Program-made: the position numbers and the translations under genes
Assembly (NCBI GenBank): GCA_951406725.2
Contig: OX597821.1
Span: forward strand, 52,266,001-52,330,000
Source of the DNA: Octopus vulgaris
Lineage: Eukaryota
Reading direction: 5' to 3'
Length of the DNA stretch: 64,000 bases
Notes under the pieces: generated by a model
What the model saw: the letters and a program-made list of their open reading frames with translations, nothing else
Databases searched by the model: none
Told to the model about the DNA's origin: nothing
Part shown: positions 41,319-52,865 of the stretch, piece by piece
How the letters are laid out: every line of letters starts with the position of its first letter
Numbering within the stretch: position 1 is the stretch's first letter

Positions 41319-43060
41319 TCTATTGGTAGGTTTATTATTCATATTTATTATTCAATAAACCTATTGGTAGGTTTATTATTCATAGACTCCTCCATGAATA
41401 TTATCAATCATATTATCTCAAGTAATTGCTTGCAAAATAATTCAGAAAGGACTAATGTATAAGATAGGAAATCGACAGAGCAGTTTGTATGAAATAAGTT
41501 GTTTAGCCAATCAACTACAGACTGAATCATGCCAATCTTAACGCTTGACTCGAAGTTTATAAATTTGCTACATTGTTTGTGCTACAGTTGAATCTTCAAT
41601 ATTCTTCATAGACTTATTTTCACCTAGTAGTTTCATTAACTCTCACAACGTTTATGCTACCACAGGACGTTGGTATCTCTCTGTCTTCACTAAACCATCA
41701 CTCTACCACTATATAGATATCTCAGTCAAGCACTTATATAATATACAAGTAATCTAGCAAATAAAAATCTCCTTCAACACCAGAAAAAAAAAACTTATAC
41801 AATAATACACAATACACACATACACATGTACACGTATACACGACATACGTTCATGCAATCGCACACACGTACACAGACATACACAGTAGAACTTTAGTGC
41901 ATTGGAAAGTATTCTCATGTTATCACAATCTTTCCAAATTTTAGTTCTAATGCTATTGGAGAGCCTCTTAGCAAAATATTAAACACATTAAATTCTTCTA
42001 GTCCAATACTTAAATACATCTTTCCCTGATTTAACATAAATACTTTATCATATTTTCCTCATACATATCATACTTAGACGAAGAAAAAATAACGCTTAAT
42101 TAATATTCACGCAATCTAATTTACCAACTCATGAAGATATATAGTTTCAAGAAATATATTTAGAATATTTCTAAACTGTTAGAAAAAACATTCTCATTAA
42201 TCGGTGATTGTCAACCAGTAAAATTGTTGTTCAAATTTAAACGAATCCTCCTAGGTTTCATTTAATATTCTCTTAAGGGAAGTAAGATGAAATTAAAATG
42301 ATTATGTTTGAATGTAAGACGCGTCATAGTGATATATTTTTTTTATCTGTGAGATTTTTGCTAGATACATTTTTAAGTTAATAAATTATGTCATGATAAT
42401 TTGAGACTAAAATAATAGCTTGCATAAAATAAATTGTCTAAAATCGCAAATAACTTTTTAAGATATTAAATGAGGATGAAAAAACGACCCTAGATGTTTA
42501 GTCTAAGAATGCCGAACACTTTAATTATGTTGTTCGCCTTTGATCAGATATGTTTTGCTGTCTATTTTGAACCAATTCAACTAAAGTTGTCGATTATCCA
42601 ACATAGAATTTAACTTTACACATATGCTGATTGAACCAAAATTTTATTTGGACTGCAATCATAAAAAGAAGTTTAATTTATATAATTTTCTGACTTTCTG
42701 GAAAATTATTAGTAATTAATATATTTATTTTCAATGATATCAATATTTACCAACTGTGAAACCTGTTGAAATTAGTCAGAGTGATTTCGCTCATCAACTT
42801 ACAGCACCTCACTAGAGTTTGTCCCCCAACAACACACAGCGCATACGCAGAAGTTTTTACTTGCATTACATATCCCAAAATTTTAAATCGACCCAATGTT
42901 CAAGGCGTCTATTTCCTTTTACATAAAACTAACCACGTTGCTGTAAAAATTTCTGCGGAAATCATACTGAAATCCCGGTTACAATCCCTGTTGCGATCAT
43001 TTCATTGTAGGTATGGAAAATTTAAAGATCAAGCATGTGTATATATATATATATATTTTT

Positions 43061-43690
43061 TTTAAAATTAAGGATAACATCTTTATAAGAAATTATCAGT
43101 AGTTAGCGTGAAAAACCTCGTAAGAGAAAAAATCTGTAAATTTTTCCACTTTGAAAATATTTATTTATATTATATAGAGGGTACTATTATTCATAGGTAC
43201 TACTTTTCAAAGTGGAAAAATTTACAGATTTTTTTCTCTTACGAGGTTTTTCACGCTAACTACTGATAATTTCTTATAAAGATTTTATCCTTAATTTTAA
43301 ATTTATATTTTTCACCGGAATAGTTCAATACTGAATTTTTGTTCCGAATAGGCAAATTGTTACCGAAATGCATTGCGAATGAGCTCGCCATTTTCATAGA
43401 TATGTAAAGATAAACATTCGTACATGCTACGATGAATTCTACGGTTGTCTGTCGGGTATGCTATCTTGTGTTTTTTCTTACATGTCTTGAGTTCGTTGCA
43501 CTGAAGAGCATAGAATGCATATTCTGCATTGATTGCGAAATCACAGGTGATATGTAACTAAATTCTGTTTTTAAATGACTTGCTTTGAAGTTTTGCATTC
43601 GGTAAAATTTGTTTATTTTAGTAGTTTTTACTGCAAAGGTCCCTCCTAGCGTGCGGTACCTATGAATAATAGTACCCTCTATATAATATA

Positions 43691-43692
<2 letters not shown>
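43061..43692. mobile_element. PLE-like unit with two interleaved inverted-repeat pairs
   Basis: 43061-43157 versus 43204-43301, and 43164-43200 versus 43656-43692; between (TA)n tracts; internal hammerhead. Confidence 0.8.
43495..43558 (+). ncRNA. Type I hammerhead ribozyme
   Basis: Stem I GTTGCA/TGTAAC, CTGAAGA, stem II GCA...TGC, GAAA, stem III TCAC-AG-GTGA, AUA cleavage triplet. Confidence 0.8.
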
Positions 43693-43765
<73 letters not shown>

Positions 43766-43854
43766 ATTTGCATATATCTATATGTGTGTGTATTTTGTTT
43801 TGAATTTGTGTGAGTGTGTATAGTATAATACGTAAATTGAATAAAGTAAAATTA

Positions 43855-44360
43855 TAGTCTGGTTTTCTATTATTCTATTTTAACAAAGTTAGCGCTTTCA
43901 TACGTAGTATACTTATCAGGTTTCAAATGTGTTTAACTGACTGTTGTGTTCTTGACAACTTTAGTATCTCTTAGAATGCCCCAACCAGATGAATTTATAG
44001 AATACTTTTTTGATCAAATCCGCATGTTCTTAAACATCACAGTTTTCCAGGTGTACTGATATTCTGTCACTTGTTTATATTAATTAATCCTCATTATTAA
44101 CTAGTTGTTATATTATTGCTATTATTTCCGTTCAGAACAGGTTTGAACATTTTAATAAACCGTTTTTCTTTTATCTTTCTTCCGTCCTTACTTGCGTCAG
44201 GTAGTTTGTAAAAAGGAACAATTAGAAACATTTTCTGACCACATCTCTTTATATATGTTCGCTCAATGAAAACTGACGAACATTGGTTTTCACACACTAT
44301 ATATGAAAGCGTTAATTTTGTTAAAATACCATAATAAAAAAAACATGAAAACCAGACTAT
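43855..44360 (-). mobile_element. Penelope-like 3' fragment: GIY-YIG endonuclease C-terminus plus terminal repeat
   Basis: ORF 44097-44297 ends ...CGQKMFLIVPFYKL...RKIKEKRFIKMFKPVLN (R-x3-E-x2-FI-x4-P-x-LN pattern). Minus-strand CTGATAAG...GAAAGCGCTA hammerhead-like motif at ~43888-43920. ~43855-43905 is inverted at ~44298-44360. Confidence 0.7.
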
Positions 44361-44377
44361 GTTTTAACTTTATTCAA

Positions 44378-45240
<863 letters not shown>

Positions 45241-45612
45241 AGAATGAGAGAGACATACAGACGGACAGACAGATAGAGGGAAATAGAGGTAGCTAGCTAG
45301 CTACATAGTTAGATAGATAACTAGATAGACAGATAGGTGTGTCTGTAGACTGCTAAAAATGACACATTGCTATGAGTATGCAGCCTCATAATGAGGGAAA
45401 TGATATAAGGATCTTATGAAGGATTTATTTAAGCCATCATCTGAAGAAGCCCATTCTACACCTTGCACATCTCAGTATGTACAGGTGTAAAACTGTATGT
45501 ACAGGTGTAAAACTGTCTCGAAACAATTGCTGTAAGTTTAAATAAAATTGCTGTTCAATTGGTTTTCTATCATTTATATATCTCTGTCTGTGTCTCTCTC
45601 ACCCCTCTCTCG

Positions 45613-45650
<38 letters not shown>

Positions 45651-46297
45651 ACATATATATATTTCATTTATTTATGAGAGACTGGACAAATGAAAGAAAG
45701 GCACTCCACACGTTTATTGCGAGTTCACATGTATTGTTCAAAACAGTTTGATTCAGATCCCGTGCTACTTAACCTTTCAAAGCCTAACGGAGGCCCCGCC
45801 CTCAAGCCGGCGGGGCTTTGAAACTCTAAGTCATTAGAGGCTTTGAAAGTTTAAGTAGCACGGGATCCGAAAAAAAAAAAACTCTTTTGAGCAATATATG
45901 TAATTCTCAATAGAAATGTCGAATGCTTTTCTTTCGTCTGTCCAGTCACTCATAAATATATATATATTTATATATATATATATATGGAGAGAGAGGGGGA
46001 GAGGGAGGGAAAGAGAGAGAGACAAAGAGACAGAGAGAGAGACACAGTGAGCGATGTATAAATGATAGAAAACGAATTAAACGGTAATTTTTATTTAAAA
46101 TTACTGCAATTGTTTCTTGACAGTTTTACACCTGTGGTACATTACTGAGATGTGCACCCTTTTTAATCTATTGAAGGTGTAAAATGGGCTTTGTGAGATG
46201 ATTGTTTAAATAGATCCTTCGTAAGATCCTTATGTCATTTCACTCAGTGTGAGGCTGCATCCCATAGCAATGTGTCATTTTCAGCAGTCTACAGACA

Positions 46298-46375
<78 letters not shown>

Positions 46376-46444
46376 GCTAGCTAGCTAGCTAGCTACCACT
46401 ATTTCCCCCTGTCTGTTACTCCATTTGTCTGTCTGTCTGTCTGC

Positions 46445-46463
<19 letters not shown>
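45241..46463. repeat. Large diverged foldback (arms ~45241-45783 and ~45840-46463)
   Basis: Unique sequence and embedded microsatellites are mirrored (e.g. GTCTGTAGACTGCT/AGCAGTCTACAGAC, GATCCCGTGCTACTTAA/TTAAGTAGCACGGGATC); bounded by (TA)n. Confidence 0.9.
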
Positions 46464-46481
<18 letters not shown>

Positions 46482-46801
46482 CATACGTGTGTGTGTTTGT
46501 GTGTGAATTTAGAGGAATATGTTACCACGGACACCGTGGTAGCCCTCAGTTATGTTCCAAGTTACGGCTAACCACATCGATTAGTACCAAACTTTTATGA
46601 CTTCTTGGTGTTGTTATGTTGTAATTCCTACAATGAGTAATTCTGTGTTCTCTTCATTGGACTGTAATATTATCTGGAGTGTATATTTCCAATAACTATA
46701 ATGATAGACAATACGGAGACTGGTATATCTTCAAAGTAAATAAAAGGAAATAAATTTTGAGGATGTAACAGTCTTCAAATTCTATATCATTATAATTATT
46801 G

Positions 46802-46841
<40 letters not shown>

Positions 46842-46842
46842 C

Positions 46843-47017
46843 TTTATTTAAAAGCAGCAGAAATTTAACAAAAGCTGTTACTGGGAGTTTCACGTTCCCG
46901 TTTGTCGGACAGTTTTGTTGAAATTTTTTTTTCTTTTTAAAACAAAACTGTCCGACGAACGGGAACGTGAAACTCCGAGTAACAGCTTTTGTTAAATTTC
47001 TGCTGCTTTTAAATAAG
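46843..47017. repeat. ~76-bp inverted repeat, PLE-like
   Basis: 46843-46919 versus 46941-47017. Confidence 0.85.
46948..46985 (+). ncRNA. Hammerhead motif with CCGACGA variant core
   Basis: CTGT-CCGACGA-ACG(GGAA)CGT-GAAACTC-C-GAGTA-ACAG: all three stems form; U4->C change in the core. Confidence 0.6.
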
Positions 47018-47168
47018 GCATATTACTCTACCGCAGGTATTTGATTACTCTTTTCCCCTCCTTGTTTCACATTTATGTGTTTACTCCGGTATATATATCT
47101 ATATATATAAAAGCACTTGGAAAAGGATGCGTGGCGTTCGATCATATAATAATATAAATAATAAATAA

Positions 47169-47219
<51 letters not shown>

Positions 47220-47244
47220 CCTACATACATACATATATATATAT

Positions 47245-47635
47245 ATGGAATTGGAACTCAGAACGTAAAACCGGATGAAATGCAGCCAAGCATATTCTTC
47301 GGTGTGCTAACTATGCTGCCAGGTCGCTGCTTTCATATTAATAATAATAATCTTTCTACAATAGGCAGAGGTCCAGATCTTTGCTGGTATTATGTAGTAA
47401 GTCGACTGCAGTGAACTCCCCCACTAGTACTTGACTTGTACTTATTTTATTGGTTTTAAATTTTGGCATGAGGCCAGTAAGTTTGGGATGGAGGTAAATC
47501 GATGTCATCAACCCTAGTGCTCAGCTGATACCTATTTTATCGACCCCGAAAAGGAGAATAGGAATAGTCGATCATGGCGGAAATTTGAACTCAGAACATA
47601 AAGACGGACGAAAAGATGCTATCAATTTGCCCGGC

Positions 47636-47693
<58 letters not shown>

Positions 47694-47734
47694 TAATAAT
47701 AATAATAATAATAATGATACTACTACTACTACTT

Positions 47735-47773
<39 letters not shown>

Positions 47774-48005
47774 ATAATAATAATGATAATAATCTTTTCT
47801 GCTATAGGCACATGACCTGAAAGTTTGGGGAGGGGGCTATTCGATTACATCGATCCCGGTATTTTATTGGCACTTGATTTAACGACTCCAAAAGAATGAA
47901 AGGCAAAGACGACCTCGGCGGAATTTGAACTCAGAACGTAACGGCAGACGAAATACCGCTAAGCATTTGCCGCAGCGTATTAACGATTCTGCCAGGTCAC
48001 CGCTT
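47245..48005 (-). mobile_element. Tandem cluster of S2 SINEs separated by (AAT)n/(ACT)n
   Basis: Repeated GAATTTGAACTCAGAAC and TAGGCAC blocks at ~47245-47450, 47450-47636 and 47797-48005. Confidence 0.8.
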
Positions 48006-48057
48006 TAATAATAATAATAATAACAATAACAATAATAATAATAATAATAATGATCAT

Positions 48058-49969
48058 CCTTTCTTTGTTGGCCGCAAGGGCCGAACACAAAACATATAAA
48101 GGCAATAAAAAAACAAAGGGGCACAAGTGAAGCTTAAAACATAAAACGTATAACAAATATAACAAAAAAAAGACAACCCAGTTTACAAAAAGAAAAGAAA
48201 CAATAAATTTCCACCAGGGGCCAACCAGGCACCCCACACATCCTGGTCACTCCGAATGCCAAGGGCACGGCAGGTGGCACCCCTCTTCCCCGCAACGGCG
48301 TTGGTTTACAGGCAAATATTCAGAGTATTTTTCGCGAGCCATTTTTTCAATATTCACCCCATCTTATAACAAACTTACGGGGTGGGTGGAGTGGTCAGTA
48401 CTTCCTTCTCTACTCTCACTTTCCTTTTCAAGTTCCACTTGAGAAATGTCTGTATAGCAGCCAAGCAGAGAAAAACTGTCCCTCCCGACCAAAAGCAGGC
48501 AGCGGAGCGATTCTCACAATGGACTCAGCTGATAACTGGATCCGTCCTACACGTGGTAACAGCTGTTCGAGAAAGCTCCACAAGTCAGCAATGCACGGAC
48601 ACTGGACGAATGCATGCAGGACGGTTTCATCGCCTTGCGCACTCCTCGATCATGACCGTCTGAGAGCACTTCCGTGTCTGAAGAGCTTGTTTCGAACCAG
48701 CAGAGCACTGCCAAGCTAGGGATTTCTGTAAGTTATCCACAGGCGCCAGCCCGACATTCTTCCGTAAAAGACCATTTAGTTGATCCCTCTCGATGCCCAG
48801 AGTTTCGCCGAGTACGTCGTCGCTCTTTCCCTCGACTAATCCCCTATAGAACTCCATGTAGACCTTCCACCGACAGCGTTGACTGACTGGCAGAATACTG
48901 TGAGTGCCTGCCGACACTCCAAATGCCAAGTGCGCTTTCTTGGCCTGCACTTTACCCAGAACTAGTTCCGTCAATGAGACAAGCTACAATAAGTCCCGTT
49001 TGAGGAACGACGACCACACCTATTCACTGTTAAGGAAACCCTGGCGATGTCGCAGCCTCAGCGCATGTCTGCGCATCATTAGCCGCGGCATGCTCAGTCT
49101 TCCAGTCAGCGGCTGTTGACAGCCGATGGAACGTTTGAGGAGCGGAACACGTCCCTTTCATAGAACTCCCCCCAGTTCTTGTCCACCTCGAGGTCTGGAC
49201 CAAACCAGACCACGAGCAATTTAACCAGCCCTTATGTCAGCGCCCTTCAACGCTGTCGGCTGGTATGGACCTGCTTTTCCGGGTCTCCTCACTGCTCCTT
49301 TTTATCTCCCTGAGTGGTTCTGGGTCTTGCAGCGCACAGGCAGCAATCTACTAGATGTTTACATCTAGTGGTACAGCATTTAGCCTAATTCTCGTCGTTC
49401 TCTTCAAGAGGTAGATGAGATACAAGACCCTCTCCTCAGTCCACCGGGTCGACCTTGTGTGTCTTAGCGCGAGGTCCTCACTTTTAAAGAGAACTTCAAT
49501 GATGGCAAACTGCCTACCTCATTGTTTGTGAGTGACATCTATTAAAATTTCACTGAGTGTTTTCTCGCCGTGATTGATGGAAGCTATTTCCGATCTCCTA
49601 CTTTTTCGTGATACGCATTTAAAATACACTGCCTTTCTTTTTCGGGAGTTACGTGAACTGATGCCTTACTCCCGACAACTCTGATTTCTTTTGCTTTTGA
49701 AAGTTGTCGAATTTTGTCCACAAGGAGGATTGTAAACATATTTTTCTTTGTATTTGCTACATCAGCAAACCTCTAGTTTTTTCTTATTGTTTTTGTTGCT
49801 GATGTTGTTAACGTTGCTGATGTTGTTACTATTGCTGCTGCTGTTGCTGTTGGTGCTGATGGTGGCTGAGTTGTTGCCACTCTCCACACCTACGTCATCG
49901 CCTTCAATTGTAACATTATGTTCTCCGCTAAAATCGATTGCGTTCTGAATTGCGTTGCTGCTGCTGCTG

Positions 49970-50055
<86 letters not shown>

Positions 50056-50633
50056 GCCACCTTCTCCGCTGCCGCCACTGCTGTCGCAATCGCTGCTGTC
50101 GCTACCGCTGCTGTCGCCATCGCTGCTGTCGCCACCGCTGCTGTCGTCGCCGCTGCTGCTACTGCCTCCACTGCTGCTGTCGCTACCACCGCCCCTCTCA
50201 TTGCCCGTCACTACTGTTGCCAAGTGTTTCGCTGCTGCTCCTATGAGGTGGATTTTGAACTCTTGTGTGCTTTCTTTTCTCCTCCTCCTCTCCGGTAATG
50301 TTATCAGTAACGGAAGGAAGAGGAAGGAAATCTTGAGCATTCAAGAAAAGTTTTTTGAGGAGGGGCAGTTTAAAAAAAAATCTTCCAAGATGCGTTCCGC
50401 CATGTCGTTGAATTATATTTGATTGGAACGCCCAACGAACTTATTTGGGGCGGAATAGAGCCCCACTATGAGCTAAACAAACACAGAAACCCAATGCCAG
50501 CTCCCTGGTGTTTCTATTAACACACTGAAACAATGTTTAAAGGGAAAAAATGGCAAAGAAAGGGCGCAAACAAAGGTTATAAAGAAGAATTACTTCGGGC
50601 GTTCGAAAATACGCATCTCGTGTTCAGTAGTAA
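48058..50633 (-). mobile_element. Internally deleted Tx1/L1-clade LINE, family C
   Basis: ORF1 relic GRQFAIIEVLFKSEDLALRH...VLYLIYLLKRTTRIRLNAVPLDV (49518-49350) aligns with family A ORF1. Joined at ~49285 to post-RT LVKLLVVWFGPDL and ...DNLQKSLAWQC. 3' end GGCCCTTGCGGCCAACAAAGAAA. Flanked by (ATT/ATC)n; 5' boundary approximate. Confidence 0.8.
49780..50200. repeat. (GCT)/(ACT)/(GCTGTCGCC..) trinucleotide repeats inside the family C ORF1 N-terminus
   Basis: Minus strand reads Ser/Gly/Asp/Asn-rich, downstream of the ATG at 50403. Confidence 0.8.
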
Positions 50634-50684
50634 ATATGATGATGATGATGATGATGATGATGATAATAACAATAATAATAATAA

Positions 50685-50875
50685 TCTATTCTGTCATAGG
50701 CACAAGGCCTGGAATTTTGGGAGAAGGGGTTAGTCGATCACATTTACTCCAGTGTTCCAGTGATACAAATTCTTTCGACCCCGAAAAGAGGGAAAACAAA
50801 GTCAACATCGGTGGTATTTGATGACGATAAGCATTTTTGTTCGGCGTGGTAACAATTCTGCTAGTTTGCTACCAT
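50685..50875 (-). mobile_element. SINE S2
   Basis: TAGGCACAAGGCC...TCGACCCCGAAA matches the other S2 copies. Confidence 0.7.
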
Positions 50876-51022
50876 AACAATAAATGTAACAATAACAACA
50901 ACAATATCACTCATTACGGATTGACACCTGAGGATGCAACACAACCCACAATGCATATCAACCGTTAAAAAAGATAAAGAGAGAAAAGATACATGACAAC
51001 TCCCACAACAATTCTAATTAAG

Positions 51023-51059
51023 TGCAGGAGTGGCTGTGTGGTAAGTAGCTTTGCTAACC
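51023..51059 (+). mobile_element. S1 SINE 5' head, split by LINE A
   Basis: GCAGGAGTGGCTGTGTGGTAAGTAGCTTTGCTAACC. Confidence 0.92.
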
Positions 51060-51448
51060 TCACTGACAGAAGAGTGACTTTGCCTACCGTACTACGGTTT
51101 GGACGCGTTTTCTTCCCGGTAAGAGTTTTGCTGTGTTGTTAATTGTTGAATTCGTACTACTGAAAATTTGCCTTTAAACGTTGCTGAACTGTCTTGTTCT
51201 CCGGTTTTACCGGGAAATAATTGAATAATTTCTTACCGTTGAACTGTTAGCTACTGTGGCTTTTTATTTACGTGACTATATATAGTCCTGCCAGACTATT
51301 TTCGTGCCCCTCCCCCGAATGGGGGTGGGAATTGGAATTTTTGAACTGCTTTTTTGAACTACTTTGGAAGAAAAACTTTCTATAGGTTTCCCAGTTTTGT
51401 GGGAAACCAATACTCGTAATTTTTGTGTTGTCTAATTTCAACAGAATA

Positions 51449-52848
51449 ATGCCTGTTGAAATTATTCACGAAAGTAGTGCTCTTGAGGAGAGCAATGTTA
51501 AAAGAATTTCTGAGGTAGCCGCGGTGGCTACCGAGAACATTGACATCGATGTCAACCAGCTCGTCTAGCTATTTAAAAGAATGCAAGAGGAGGGTGGTGA
51601 TGTTAAAATATCACCCTCCGCCAGTATCGTGGAGACCGAGAAGCGGACCGTAGTGTTTAAAACTTTCTGTCCACAAAGCAGAAGGTTCAAACACTTTGAA
51701 AAAAGCACCATCGAGAAATGCCTGTCCCCGATTTGGAAGGACATCGTGTACGTCGCCAGGGGACGGGCATATGGCACTGTGGATGTCCGCTTCTCGGGGA
51801 AGAAATGGCCCGCCGGCATTCTGTGAACCCCCTAAAAACCAAGGAGGTGGTACTTTTCCCAAGCTATAGGGGACGCAGGACGTCCCGGGTCAGGATTGTA
51901 GAAGCCCCACCGGAAGTAGATCCGGTAGAGGTAGTGGCCGCCCTGTTATATAAAAGGGCGGACAAAATAAAAATACTAGAAGTAACATGCTCTACCCCTC
52001 GATTTTGGCTCGGGCGTAACATTAATATATTAATTCAAGGAACAGCGGAGGACCTGCAGCTCCTTCCTGAGAGGGTGCTCGTGGGCGAGAACGTAGCCCT
52101 CAGGGTACAGGTCGAAAGCCGAAAACCCACCTGTTACGCCTGCGGCAAAAAGGGCCACATTCGTGTAGACTGTCCAGACAAGCAAAAGAAACCGCAGACA
52201 CCAGGCCCCTCAGATAATAAAAAAGTCCCTACCCTTGCAAACACACCTACCCCTACAAAAACAAAAAATCCCACTCCTGCTGTTACGGTGCCAACCCCAA
52301 AACAGACTGAAGAAAAAACCCAGCCCTCGCACTCACAAACCCCTACACTATTAAAACCTCCCACCCCCTAAAAACTGCGGCGCCTACCGAACAAACTATT
52401 GCTACCCCAGACGATACCATGGAGGTATCAGAGGGGGGATTTACACCAGTTCGTAAAAGAATTCGTGCAGCATCCCCGGCCACATCCCCTACAAAAAATA
52501 ATAAAAACAAAGACACACCACAGACACGGAAAAAAAATCCCGCTCAACTGGCCCAGAAAAAGAAGACAAAAAGAAAATGAACTCATATTAATTGAATTCG
52601 ACACACAAGACAAATACATAAACGATATTGTGGTTCAGCATCAGTCAGCAAGACTGTACAACAAATACAAAGATCGAAATAGACACGCGTGGATTGCGGA
52701 AACAACGTTCAAACAATTAAAAGACAGACACCGAAACGCCATCCGGCATATCGCGAACTTGCCGGACTATCTGAAGAAAGAGGAGAAAGAAAAGGCCCAC
52801 AAACGTGTGGTGAGGTCGGCCCCCACCTCTCCAACGAAATGTAAGTAG
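51449..52848 (+). pseudogene. LINE ORF1 (zinc-knuckle protein), disrupted
   Basis: ATG 51449, stop at 51566, frameshift ~51795 and probable further ones near 52365 and 52560. CYACGKKGHIRVDC is CX2CX4HX4C, followed by a Pro/Thr/Lys-rich linker. Confidence 0.85.
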
Positions 52849-52865
52849 AACTTTTACTTTTTGTA

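Noticed and set aside
41319-41382. Short duplication CTATTGGTAGGTTTATTATTCATA as a TSD
   Set aside because: Both copies lie on the same side of the SINE head; local slippage duplication.
47245-48005. CRISPR-like repeat-spacer pattern
   Set aside because: Tandem S2 SINEs separated by microsatellites in eukaryotic DNA; no constant repeat or spacer length and no cas genes.
49748-50422. Poly-Ala/Leu/Ser ORFs as a host gene or signal peptide
   Set aside because: Trinucleotide repeats inside the family C LINE ORF1 relic.
50925-50970. CTGAGGA-TGCA...TGCA hammerhead-like motif, and a similar weak one at 61779-61812
   Set aside because: GAAA or CUGA core missing; too degenerate to call.
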